From Planctomycetota bacterium (GTDB lineage: Bacteria; Planctomycetota; UBA8108; SXIK01): 64,000 nucleotides of DNA. Shown here one piece after another: positions 39,572-48,952 of this stretch (its first letter is position 1; each line of letters starts with the position of its first letter). The notes beneath the pieces are model-generated. The model did not search any database and was not told where the DNA came from. It worked only from the letters and a program-made list of their open reading frames with translations. The DNA lies in NCBI GenBank assembly GCA_965223265.1, contig OZ244999.1, positions 2,240,001 to 2,304,000 of the forward strand. The letters are read 5' to 3'. A program made the position numbers and the translations under genes.

Positions 39572-40772
39572 GGCGAAACGGAAGGACGATTCACCCCGCC
39601 GCATCTACTTGGATCACGCCGCGACGACACCGCTGCGTCCCGAGGTCGTGCGCGCGATGCAGCCTTTCGCTGCGCAGTGCTTTGGGAATCCAAGCTCGCT
39701 CCATCTGGAGGGACGGCAGGCGAAGGCGGCTCTCGAGGAGGCGCGCGCCGCGGTGGTTCACGCTTTGGGCGCGCATGAGTTCGATCTCGCGTTTGCATCG
39801 TGCGGCACCGAGGCGAATCATTCAGCCTTGATCGGCGCCGTCCTAGCAGCCAAAGGACGACTGGCGCGGCCACACGTGGTGACAACGGCGATCGAGCATG
39901 CCGCGGTGCTCGAGTTGCTTCCGCTCCTGGAGACGCTCGGCGCTGAGGTCACCCTCGTTCCATGCAGCGAGCAAGGCGTCGTTGAGGCGCGAGCGATCGA
40001 GGCCTTGGTGCGCCCGGAGACGAGCCTCGTCAGTGTGATGGCGGTCAACAACGAGACCGGAGTCATTCAAGACGTTTCAGCGATCGGCGCTGCGCTTCGG
40101 GCCCACGACTGCTTGGTCCACGTCGATGCGGTCCAGCACCTTGGCAAGCTGGAACTTGACCTGTCTACTTGGCCGGTGGATCTCGTCACTCTCTCCGCGC
40201 ACAAGATCTATGGACCGAAGGGCGGAGCGGCGCTCGTTGCGCGGCGCGGGATTCAGTGGGAACCGCTGCTCCGCGGCGGCGGGCAGGAGGGCGGCAAGCG
40301 TTCGGGCACGCCAAACGTTGCCGCGGCTGTCGGGTTTGCTCAGGCTGTAGAGCTCGCGCAGGCCGAGTGGGCATCGGAGGCGGAGCGCCAGAGGCAGCTT
40401 CGAGATCGGCTGGAAGCGGACATCCAGCGGCGCGTGCCGGAGGCGATCGTCAATGGCGGGCGTCAGCATCGGGTGGGCGGGCTTCTGAATGTGTCGTTTC
40501 CGTTCGTCGAAGGTGAGTCGCTCGTGCGCCGGCTCGATGCCCGCGGCGTTGCCGTGTCGACCGGAAGCGCCTGCAACATCGGAGCTCACAAGCCATCGCA
40601 TGTCCTTCGAGCGATGCAGAGATCGGCTGCGGAGGTTCGCGGATCGATCCGTTTTTCGCTTGGACGCGGGAGTACCGCTGACGATCTCGCGGCAGCGAGT
40701 CAGCTGCTCTTCGAGGAGCTTGAGGTGCTGCGCCGCATCGCACCGAGTGGCAGTGCGCTGCCGAGCACCTAA
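39570..40772 (+). CDS. iscS: Cysteine desulfurase (IscS/NifS family)
   Basis: IYLDHAATTP, GNPSS, EH, NNETG, HVDAVQ, SAHKIYGPKG, RSGT, STGSAC, IRFSLG. Confidence 0.9.
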   Translation: MAKRKDDSPRRIYLDHAATTPLRPEVVRAMQPFAAQCFGNPSSLHLEGRQAKAALEEARAAVVHALGAHEFDLAFASCGTEANHSALIGAVLAAKGRLARPHVVTTAIEHAAVLELLPLLETLGAEVTLVPCSEQGVVEARAIEALVRPETSLVSVMAVNNETGVIQDVSAIGAALRAHDCLVHVDAVQHLGKLELDLSTWPVDLVTLSAHKIYGPKGGAALVARRGIQWEPLLRGGGQEGGKRSGTPNVAAAVGFAQAVELAQAEWASEAERQRQLRDRLEADIQRRVPEAIVNGGRQHRVGGLLNVSFPFVEGESLVRRLDARGVAVSTGSACNIGAHKPSHVLRAMQRSAAEVRGSIRFSLGRGSTADDLAAASQLLFEELEVLRRIAPSGSALPST

Positions 40773-40791
40773 CGCGCATTTTCGAATCGTC

Positions 40792-40859
40792 AAGAGGCCA
40801 GTTTCCTCGGCCGAATGACTTTTTCAGGCGGGCTGCTAGCTTCGAGTTGGCCACTTCGC
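40792..40859. repeat. MITE-A right end + CTAG + degenerate MITE-B left end
   Basis: AAGAGGCCAGTTTC...GAATGACTTTTTCAGGCGGGCTG CTAG CTTCGAGTTGGCCACTTCGC. Confidence 0.65.
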
Positions 40860-41138
40860 ATCGGGCCTGGGAGCGCCAAGAGCGTCGAGGCTGCCAGCGC
40901 CAAACGATCAAGCCTGACACTTGCGACGGGCGAGCGCGTCTCGTGGGACTGATAACTCTACGCCCGGGAGGGACGGCGTCGCTGGCGCGACTTTGTCAGC
41001 ACAGCGCGGGGGGTGTACGCCGAAGACAGGCTGAAGGACGGCGTCGACGGGAACGAGCTTCGAGGTGGGTGCCTGGTACGCATCGCTCTCGAGCCTCTCT
41101 CGTCGCACCGGCTCAGACGACTGCACCATGGATAGCTC

Positions 41139-42359
41139 GTGATGGTTGGTTCACCGCTGAAGGTCGCCGCTGTGTTCGGAACGCGGCCCGAGACGATCAA
41201 GATGTTTCCGGTCGTTCGCTCCTTGGAGGAGGCTCCAGAACTGGAGCCTCTCGTCGTACTCACGGGGCAGCACCGCGAGATGGTTGACGAAATCCTTGAG
41301 CCGCTGGGGCTGCAACCGACGCGCGATCTGGAGGTCATGCAGCCGGGTCAGTCGCTGAACGAGGTCGTCGCTCGCCTCCTGCCACTTCTTGACGAATGCT
41401 ACGCCGAACTAAGGCCGGACACTGTCCTTGTTCAAGGGGACACGTCGAGCGCGCTGGCCGCAGCACTTGCAGCTTTTCATCGGCAGATACCGGTCGCCCA
41501 CCTCGAAGCTGGTCTGCGCAGCTTCGACCGCGCCCACCCGTTTCCTGAAGAAGCGAACCGGCGCATGATTACTTCGCTCGCGTCACTTCACTTCGCGCCG
41601 ACGCCGACGAGCTCTGAGAACTTGCGTCGTGAGGGGGTTCCCGCTGATGACATCGTCGTCACAGGCAACACTTGCATCGATGGGCTTCAGGTTGCTCTCG
41701 AGCGTTGTGGAGACAAACCAAAGGCGGCAGATTTCGGCGAACCGCTTGTTTTGGTGACGCTGCACCGGCGAGAGAGTTGGTATTCGGGTGACAGCGGATC
41801 TTCGCCGCTCGAACGCGCGCTCGGGGCGATCGCGGGCGTGGCAAGATCGCGGCCCACGACGCGCTTTGTTCTTCCCGTCCACCGGAATCCGCGGGTGACG
41901 CAGATCGTGCATCGAGTTTTGGGCGAGTCGCCGAATGTGGAGCTTGTGGCGCCGCTACCGTATTTCGCATTCGTCGATCTCCTGAGCAGCGCCGCCGTCG
42001 TTGTTACTGACTCGGGTGGCATCCAGGAGGAAGCGCCGTCACTCGGAGTTCCTGTGGTCGTCGTGCGCGAGACGACAGAACGACCCGAAGGCTTACTGGT
42101 CGGCACGAATCATCTCGCCGGGCTTGATCCTCATCGCGTCGCGACTCTGCTCACGTCACTTCTTGACGACCGGAATCCCTGGGACGGAGAGCTGAGGTCG
42201 AGTCCGTTCGGGGATGGTCATGCCAGTGAACGAGTCCGAGCTGGGCTGCTTCACTTTTTCGACCGCGGGCCGAAGCCTTCTGACTTCTCGCCTGCAGAGG
42301 TGGAGTCGATCGGAGCGACACGAGAGCCGTTGCCTGCGGAGGGCTCTCCTCGCTACTGA
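41139..42359 (+). CDS. wecB: Non-hydrolysing UDP-GlcNAc 2-epimerase
   Basis: GTRPETIK, TGQHREM, VQGDT, HLEAGLRS, PEEANR, TLHRRE, DSGGIQEEAP, TERPE. Confidence 0.93.
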   Translation: MMVGSPLKVAAVFGTRPETIKMFPVVRSLEEAPELEPLVVLTGQHREMVDEILEPLGLQPTRDLEVMQPGQSLNEVVARLLPLLDECYAELRPDTVLVQGDTSSALAAALAAFHRQIPVAHLEAGLRSFDRAHPFPEEANRRMITSLASLHFAPTPTSSENLRREGVPADDIVVTGNTCIDGLQVALERCGDKPKAADFGEPLVLVTLHRRESWYSGDSGSSPLERALGAIAGVARSRPTTRFVLPVHRNPRVTQIVHRVLGESPNVELVAPLPYFAFVDLLSSAAVVVTDSGGIQEEAPSLGVPVVVVRETTERPEGLLVGTNHLAGLDPHRVATLLTSLLDDRNPWDGELRSSPFGDGHASERVRAGLLHFFDRGPKPSDFSPAEVESIGATREPLPAEGSPRY

Positions 42360-42581
42360 ACGGGTCGCGAGTTGGGCCAGCGATTCGGCGCTTGGTGGCC
42401 GTGTACAGCGTGCTGATTTGGCTTGCGGCGCGCATTGGGAGACCAGACAATTCAGGCGCGGCGCTCGGAGCGTTATGCCACCCGCGGCGATTCCTCGTGA
42501 AATCGCTGGCAGCGGTGCGCGGCGCGACTTGCATGCGATCGGCGTTCTCGTGGTAGACGTCAGCTAGCGGAGGTAGACGAC

Positions 42582-45500
42582 ATGCCGATGCAGCGAACCG
42601 CGCTCGTGGTGTGGCTCGTGGTGTGTGGTGGCGGTTCGGACTGGTGCCGTGCAGCCGATTGCAACGCCAATGGGGTAGATGACCAGAGCGACCTGAGCAG
42701 TGAGTTTAGTGTCGACTGCAACCTCAACGGCATCCCTGATGACTGCGAAGTAGCACCGGTGCCGTTTCATGCACTCACGAGCGTGCCGTTCGATGAAAGC
42801 GCGCTTGGAGTTCTGGACGTCGTGGCGTCCGACGTGAACGGCGACAACATCATCGATTTGGTGACCGTTCAGCGCGGGACTCTGTCGCTTAGGCTCGGTC
42901 AGGAGGGGATGCGAGTCGAGAACTACGGCAGTCAGGAGTTCGAGGTTTCGTCGACTGCGTTTCATGCGCAGCTCGGAGACTTCAACTCCGACTCGAACAC
43001 CGATCTGGCGGTCTTTGATAGCTCTTCCGTACAGGTTTTCTCTGGCGATGGAGTCGGTGGGTTGCTACCGGGAGAGTCCATCGTGATCGGAGCGGAGCTT
43101 GGTTCGGGCGCCATAGGGGACATGAATGGTGATGCGCGGAGCGACGTGGTCGCGACTCTGCGCGGCGAAGGCGCTTTGGCGGTCTCTCTGAGCTCAGGAG
43201 CGGGTTTGGGCGTGCCGACGATCTACGCGAGTGGAGGCGATCTTCGCGGTCTCGCGCTCATTGACTTCGATGATGATGGTGCCCTCGACGTTGTCAGCGT
43301 CGACCGGGCTGCCGCCGTGATGGTGTTCCACCGGGGAGACGGCACGGGGCGCTTGGAGGCGGCTGGGCAGCAGCCACTTGCGTTCGAACGACCCGAGCGT
43401 CTTTTGGTCGCCGACGTCGACGGCGACGGTACGGACGATCTGCTCGCGGCAGGCCGACCCGGTGTCGAAGTCTTTCACCGTCAGGGCCCGGGACACTTCG
43501 TTTCCGCCGGGCTGCTTGTGGCCGACATGCAGAACAACACGGGAGTCACCACTCTCGATTACGACGGCGACGGCGACTTGGACCTCGTGGGCTCGTTCGT
43601 CCAGCCCCTTGCTGTCGGTGTGTTTGCAAACCGCGGCGACGGGACGTTCAACGCCGGGGTCCGTACTAACTTTGAAGGGAGGGTCTTTAGCGTTGAAAGT
43701 GCCGACATCGACTCTGATGAGCGCGTCGATGTTCTGCTTCTGTTCTTCGGGCAACCCATTGTGACGGTGCTGTGGAACGACGCCAGCCGCGACACCGGCT
43801 TGTCGTTCGATCCACCGATTGAGTATTCCACCGATGGCGATCCACACACTGTGACGATCGGTGACTTTGACGGCGACGCTGATCTGGATATTCTCACTGG
43901 AAACCAAGACGAGGGCTTGACGCTTCTTCGAGGGCGAGGAGATGGCACGTTCGAACCTCTCGCGGCGCAAGATCGTTACACGCGTGCGAACTACTTTTTT
44001 CTCGCGTCTGACGATTTTGATAGCGACGGCGACCTTGACATCGTAGGTGTTCCACGCAGTGGCATTGGTGTCGGGGTGGGGGCAGGCGAGGAGGGAACTC
44101 TTTTCTACGTCACGAATCAAGGCAACGGCTTGCTTGATCCACCGGTTCAGTTCGCCGTTGGCGCGAATCCGTTTCATATCGGGTTAGGGGATCTCGACGG
44201 GGACTTGAGAACCGATTTGGTAACGTCAAACGTTGCTGGAAACTCGATCTCCGTCCTCCGCAACCAGGGAGCGGGTCTGTTCGGTGAGCGGCAGGACATC
44301 AGCGTTGGCAACGGTCCAGTTGCGGCGGCGGTGGCTGATTTCGACCTGGACGGAATCGCCGATATTGTTGTTGCCAACGAAAACGCGGCTGAACTGTCGA
44401 TCATTCGTGGCCTCGGGGAGAATACCTACAGCGCCGCGCTCGCCCTGCCGCTACCGAGCGCACCCCGTTACGTTGAGGTCGCCGACTTCGATCAAGACGG
44501 ATACGTCGACGTCGTTGTCGCAAACAATGTGTCGAGCGTAACAACCGTCTGGAACGTCCTCGGGTCTCTTGTCCTCGGTGGCACGCATCCGGTGCATGAG
44601 CCGCCGTACTCGCTTTTGACGACGGATCTCAACGCTGACGGGTTGGCGGACCTCGTCACCGTATCTGAGGAGGGCAACAGCATGTCTATGCTGGTCAATG
44701 CCCAAACCCGCGAGTTCACGCTCAGCCGGATCTTCCCGATCGGCGCTGGACCAAGGTTTGCAGCCGCAGGGGATCTCGACGGCAATGGATTGAACGACGT
44801 CATCGGCGCGAATCGGAACGGACGCGACATCACCGTATTTCTAAACCGTTCGGCGTCGCGGCGAACGGTGGAGTTTCTAGAGCGGCTCTGTACGACGTCG
44901 GAGTTCTTCTCGTTGACGGTGCCGTCTCGTCGCGCCGTGCGTGTTGGTAAGTATATCTCCCCGGCCCGTGAGGATCCGGAGCTTCTGCCGACGATTTTTC
45001 AAAACGTAGCGCTGTTCGATCTCCACGAAGATTTTCTCGCGCAGGTGTTTCCCGATCGTTTTGGGGATGTGGTCAGCGATCGGGAGCTTTACAACGAACT
45101 GGTCGGTCGACGTGCGACTCGAGACTACTTTGTTGGCTCCATCTCGCTGCACGTAACCAGCGACGGCCCACTCTACGCCTTTTCGGTCTTCGCCGACACC
45201 GGCTTCGACTTTCGTGAGGAGTTGACGCAAGCAGAGGTGGAGAGCGTCTTCGCAACACTGAGCGAAAAGTTCCATCTGGGACCGTTGGCGTACCAACCGG
45301 CAGGGCAGACGGCTCGAGAGGCTGCAGCCGAATGGAACGGCGTACCGTTTCGGATCTTTGAATCAGACGGCGGCAGCGGATTCACATTTGAGCCCTACAC
45401 GATCGCGGTCGGCTACGGTCGTGTCCGTCTGTTCGACTTGGAGGCGTTCGAGGCGGCGAACCGAAGTGGACGGTTCACCTTTCAGGACATCCTGATTGTC

Positions 45501-48014
45501 GACCAAGCGCCGAGAGATGTGGAAGGCGTTGTCGGCGGTGTCATCACTGGGCAAGTTCAAGGCGAACTCAGTCATATTGCCGTGCGGACGGCGCGTCGTG
45601 GAACTCCGAATGCATTCGTCGACGGCGCGGTCGAACGATTCCGCGAGCTCGAAGGCGAGCTTGTGCGACTCGAGGTCACGGCTTCCGATTTCGCGGTGCA
45701 GGTCGTTGAGGCGGCGGAGGCTGAGGATTTCTGGTCTTTGCGTCGTCCGTCGCTCGCCGCCGATCCGGCCATCGACGCGGAATACGCGGCGCTCGACTCC
45801 TTGCGCGAGTTGGATCTTTCTGCTGCAGCGGTACCGGTGTCTCGATTCGGCGGGAAAGCGACCAATTTCGCGCGTCTGCAGCGCGTCTTGACAGGAGAAT
45901 TGGCGCGCTACGGAGAGGAGGGTTTCGCGGTCCCGATTCGGCACTACGTCGAGTTCATGCGGTCAAACACTCGCACCGTGGCAGGCCGAGAGGTGACCTA
46001 CGAGAGGTTTCTTCTCGACCTTTTCGGCTCGCCGGATTTCATCACCGATTCCGAAGCTCGATTCTCGGCTCTCGACGAGTTCCGAGATCATGCGCGTGCA
46101 AACGGTACCGTGGATGTGGAGCTGACTGCGGCGCTCGCTGAGCAGATCGTGGGAGTGTTCGGTGATTCGACCACGATGGTGCGCTTCCGATCGTCGTCGA
46201 ACGTCGAGGATCAGCTCGAGTTCAACGGCGCCGGCCTCTACGAGTCGACTTCCGTCTGCGCGCGAGACTCGATCGATACTGTCGTCCGGCAAGGCTCCCA
46301 CTGTGACCCGACGCGGACAAACGAGCGAACGATCGAGCGCGCCCTCAAGAAAGTGTGGACGAGCCTCTGGACGTTCCGAGCTTATGAGGAACGCAACTTC
46401 TTCCAGATCCCGCAAGATCTGGCAGGGATGGGCATTCTCGTCAGTCGCGCGTTTCTCGACGAAGCGGCGAACGGTGTCGCGTTCACCGGCAACCCGTCGA
46501 ACATAGACGACAAGAGATTCGTTGTCGCCGCGCAGATCGGCGAGGCGAGCGTCGTGAGTCCGGAGCCCGGCGAGCTCGTCGAAAGGAATCTCCTGGAACT
46601 TGCCGACGGGGAGGTCGTCCGAGTCATACGTAGCCGCCGCTCTTCGCTGGTTGAACCAGGCGAGCATGTACTTTCCGACGCTTTGCTGCGGGAGCTTGGT
46701 GGCCTCATGTGGCGCATCGAACGGGCGTTCCCACTCAGCTTGGAGGGGTACGATCCGCAGCAGGTGCTGCTCGATTTTGAGTTCAAGGTCGAATCCGACG
46801 GCTCGCTGGCCGTCAAGCAGGTACGACCGTTTTTGATCGCCTCGACAACTCCTCGAAAGCCGACCTTCGAACTTGAGATTCCCGCGGGAGCGGTAGCCTG
46901 CGCGGTGTTCAAGAAGGAACGAGATGGGCGTCCGCCAGCGGTCGAGTATGAGTTCAAGGCGACGGTGCGCTTCGTGCCAGGCACTCTCTTGCTCCCAGCG
47001 GGCCAAGGAGCGTTTGCGGCTGACGTTTTCGCGGAAGTCGTCTTCGGGCCTGCGATGGAGGTTGCGGCGCCACTTGAACCTGGGCGCTTCGAGGTGCAAG
47101 AGATCGGTGACGGGACCGAGACGATCTATCGTTTCAGCTTCCGGCAGGAGTTCGGGTTGTCGACTGGCGAGAAGTTCGCCCTGACTCTCTCGAACCTGAA
47201 CTATCGCGGCCGCGGCGAAGTACCGCTTGAACGTTCGCGGCTGATCGATGAAGACTTTTTCACCCTTGATCTCGAGCTCCTCGGGAGTCTTGACGGCGTC
47301 CCGGTGATGGGGTTCTCCTCGTGTCGCTACCCGACGTTGCCGCTTTTCGAGATTGTCGTGACGACGGAAGACGGCACACGCATTACGCTGACGGAGCGTT
47401 TTCTCGAAGAGCTGAGCGACTTCGAATCGGCGCCGGCAGCTCTCGTAGCCGCCGAGGTGAAGATCGGAGGCGACCATCGCAGCGTGACGGATTATTTTCG
47501 CCTAGTTTACAGTGCGCAGAGACACAATCAGGACGTCCGCTACTGGGTCGTGTTCGACTCTCTCGTGGACGCTGCAGGTTTGTCGCGGCCAGTGCACGCG
47601 GTCGAGGTGGAAGCACCCGACGACGTGCGCCCTGGCGAAGTGCCGGAGGAAGCGATTGTTTCGTACCTCGACGAGAACTTCGATGTCATCGCCCGTCCGC
47701 GGGTGCTCTCGTTCACGAAAGTACCGATTGATACAGCTGCGTCCGATTTTAGGCGTGGCGACAGCGACGAAAGCGGGACAGTCGATCTGAGTGATGCCCT
47801 TCACATTCTCAATTTTCTTTTTCGCCGTGGATCGAATCCCAACTGTTTGAAAAGCGCGGACGCCAACGATGACGGACGTCTCAACGTGACCGACGGTGTG
47901 GCTGTCCTGCGTCACCTTTTCGCCGCGGGAGCTTCACTTCCCGCACCGACGGACTGCGGCGGCGACAACACCTCAGACGACCTCAGCTGCGTAACGTACG
48001 GCAGCTGTCCTTGA
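42582..48014 (+). CDS. Secreted FG-GAP/VCBS-repeat protein fused to PEP-utilising phospho-His and PEP/pyruvate-binding (ATP-grasp) domains, with a C-terminal dockerin-like domain
   Basis: Signal peptide, DCNxNG repeats, many GDxDGDGxxD repeats, GVITGQVQGELSHIAVRTARRGTPN, FGGKATN, FRSSSNVED..FNGAGLYES, DFEFK...VKQVRP, FRRGD...DLSDA...ADANDDG. Confidence 0.8.
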   Translation: MPMQRTALVVWLVVCGGGSDWCRAADCNANGVDDQSDLSSEFSVDCNLNGIPDDCEVAPVPFHALTSVPFDESALGVLDVVASDVNGDNIIDLVTVQRGTLSLRLGQEGMRVENYGSQEFEVSSTAFHAQLGDFNSDSNTDLAVFDSSSVQVFSGDGVGGLLPGESIVIGAELGSGAIGDMNGDARSDVVATLRGEGALAVSLSSGAGLGVPTIYASGGDLRGLALIDFDDDGALDVVSVDRAAAVMVFHRGDGTGRLEAAGQQPLAFERPERLLVADVDGDGTDDLLAAGRPGVEVFHRQGPGHFVSAGLLVADMQNNTGVTTLDYDGDGDLDLVGSFVQPLAVGVFANRGDGTFNAGVRTNFEGRVFSVESADIDSDERVDVLLLFFGQPIVTVLWNDASRDTGLSFDPPIEYSTDGDPHTVTIGDFDGDADLDILTGNQDEGLTLLRGRGDGTFEPLAAQDRYTRANYFFLASDDFDSDGDLDIVGVPRSGIGVGVGAGEEGTLFYVTNQGNGLLDPPVQFAVGANPFHIGLGDLDGDLRTDLVTSNVAGNSISVLRNQGAGLFGERQDISVGNGPVAAAVADFDLDGIADIVVANENAAELSIIRGLGENTYSAALALPLPSAPRYVEVADFDQDGYVDVVVANNVSSVTTVWNVLGSLVLGGTHPVHEPPYSLLTTDLNADGLADLVTVSEEGNSMSMLVNAQTREFTLSRIFPIGAGPRFAAAGDLDGNGLNDVIGANRNGRDITVFLNRSASRRTVEFLERLCTTSEFFSLTVPSRRAVRVGKYISPAREDPELLPTIFQNVALFDLHEDFLAQVFPDRFGDVVSDRELYNELVGRRATRDYFVGSISLHVTSDGPLYAFSVFADTGFDFREELTQAEVESVFATLSEKFHLGPLAYQPAGQTAREAAAEWNGVPFRIFESDGGSGFTFEPYTIAVGYGRVRLFDLEAFEAANRSGRFTFQDILIVDQAPRDVEGVVGGVITGQVQGELSHIAVRTARRGTPNAFVDGAVERFRELEGELVRLEVTASDFAVQVVEAAEAEDFWSLRRPSLAADPAIDAEYAALDSLRELDLSAAAVPVSRFGGKATNFARLQRVLTGELARYGEEGFAVPIRHYVEFMRSNTRTVAGREVTYERFLLDLFGSPDFITDSEARFSALDEFRDHARANGTVDVELTAALAEQIVGVFGDSTTMVRFRSSSNVEDQLEFNGAGLYESTSVCARDSIDTVVRQGSHCDPTRTNERTIERALKKVWTSLWTFRAYEERNFFQIPQDLAGMGILVSRAFLDEAANGVAFTGNPSNIDDKRFVVAAQIGEASVVSPEPGELVERNLLELADGEVVRVIRSRRSSLVEPGEHVLSDALLRELGGLMWRIERAFPLSLEGYDPQQVLLDFEFKVESDGSLAVKQVRPFLIASTTPRKPTFELEIPAGAVACAVFKKERDGRPPAVEYEFKATVRFVPGTLLLPAGQGAFAADVFAEVVFGPAMEVAAPLEPGRFEVQEIGDGTETIYRFSFRQEFGLSTGEKFALTLSNLNYRGRGEVPLERSRLIDEDFFTLDLELLGSLDGVPVMGFSSCRYPTLPLFEIVVTTEDGTRITLTERFLEELSDFESAPAALVAAEVKIGGDHRSVTDYFRLVYSAQRHNQDVRYWVVFDSLVDAAGLSRPVHAVEVEAPDDVRPGEVPEEAIVSYLDENFDVIARPRVLSFTKVPIDTAASDFRRGDSDESGTVDLSDALHILNFLFRRGSNPNCLKSADANDDGRLNVTDGVAVLRHLFAAGASLPAPTDCGGDNTSDDLSCVTYGSCP

Positions 48015-48037
48015 GGGTGGACGCTGGACGTCGTCGT

Positions 48038-48952
48038 TCACTGGTAGCCTTGATAGATCGTGACGCCTTTGCGTGCTGCATCGACAAGGCATTCCGTGAC
48101 GCGGCGAGCTGAAACCATATAGACAGACACGCCGTGGAATCGCCACTGCATCAGCTCCTGCGGCGACATGAGTCTTTGGAGCACGTCCATACGGCGCGGT
48201 GGCGTCGCTTCGGTCCCGGCTTTCAGCGTGTAGACGTGCTCGGCGCCATCGGTGTCGAGGATCTTAACCGACCTGCCGGGTAAAGAAGCATCCCCGAGAA
48301 CTCCGGGAACCGGAAACTCCTCGCCTAGTAGGCCTTCCGCTGTGTGTACTTGCGTCAGGCTACGAAAGTACTCGGTGCCAATCCCGACGATCACGGCGTC
48401 TTCCTCAGCCATGATTCCAAACGGCGTGCCCTCGCCGCAGTTCGTGTCGACGAGGTGATGGTCGCGGGTGAGGCGTTCGGCCGCCGGGCCCGAAGCGAGC
48501 ACGCTGTGGGTGGGATGGAGGCTCCGCTTGACGCCTTTGTGTCGCCTAAAGATTTCTGTCAGGAGCCCCATCTCGGATGGTGTCCGACGCGCATCAAAAA
48601 CCGGGTCGTCCATCGCCAGAACCCTTCCGTAGGAGAATCCTGGCATGGCGAGCGTGCGATCAGCTCCGCAGAGATCCTGGAGCGCACGGAGTAGATCGAA
48701 CGGACCTTGTTCGTACATCGGGAGTAGGTCGTTGTACGATGAGTGGACCATTAGAATGCTCCACTCTCTGCCCGCCAGCCGTTGCTCGAGTTCGCCGATC
48801 AGGTCGGCTGCCGTGAATGTGCCGTGGAGCCGTCGTATGATCGGCGCGAAACGGTGTTTGAGTGCGAGGATGTCGCTTTTGAGCTTCGTGCGTTTCTCTT
48901 GCGGCAACACCTGCCTGAGCGTGTGGTAGATCAAACGACGCACGACGTTCAC
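48038..48952 (-). CDS. AAC(3)-family acyltransferase
   Basis: LMVHSS, TLAMP, MGLLTEIFR, RSLHPTHSV..G, T.VH.AE. GTGA overlap with the fkbH stop. Confidence 0.85.
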   Translation of the reverse strand: MNVVRRLIYHTLRQVLPQEKRTKLKSDILALKHRFAPIIRRLHGTFTAADLIGELEQRLAGREWSILMVHSSYNDLLPMYEQGPFDLLRALQDLCGADRTLAMPGFSYGRVLAMDDPVFDARRTPSEMGLLTEIFRRHKGVKRSLHPTHSVLASGPAAERLTRDHHLVDTNCGEGTPFGIMAEEDAVIVGIGTEYFRSLTQVHTAEGLLGEEFPVPGVLGDASLPGRSVKILDTDGAEHVYTLKAGTEATPPRRMDVLQRLMSPQELMQWRFHGVSVYMVSARRVTECLVDAARKGVTIYQGYQ

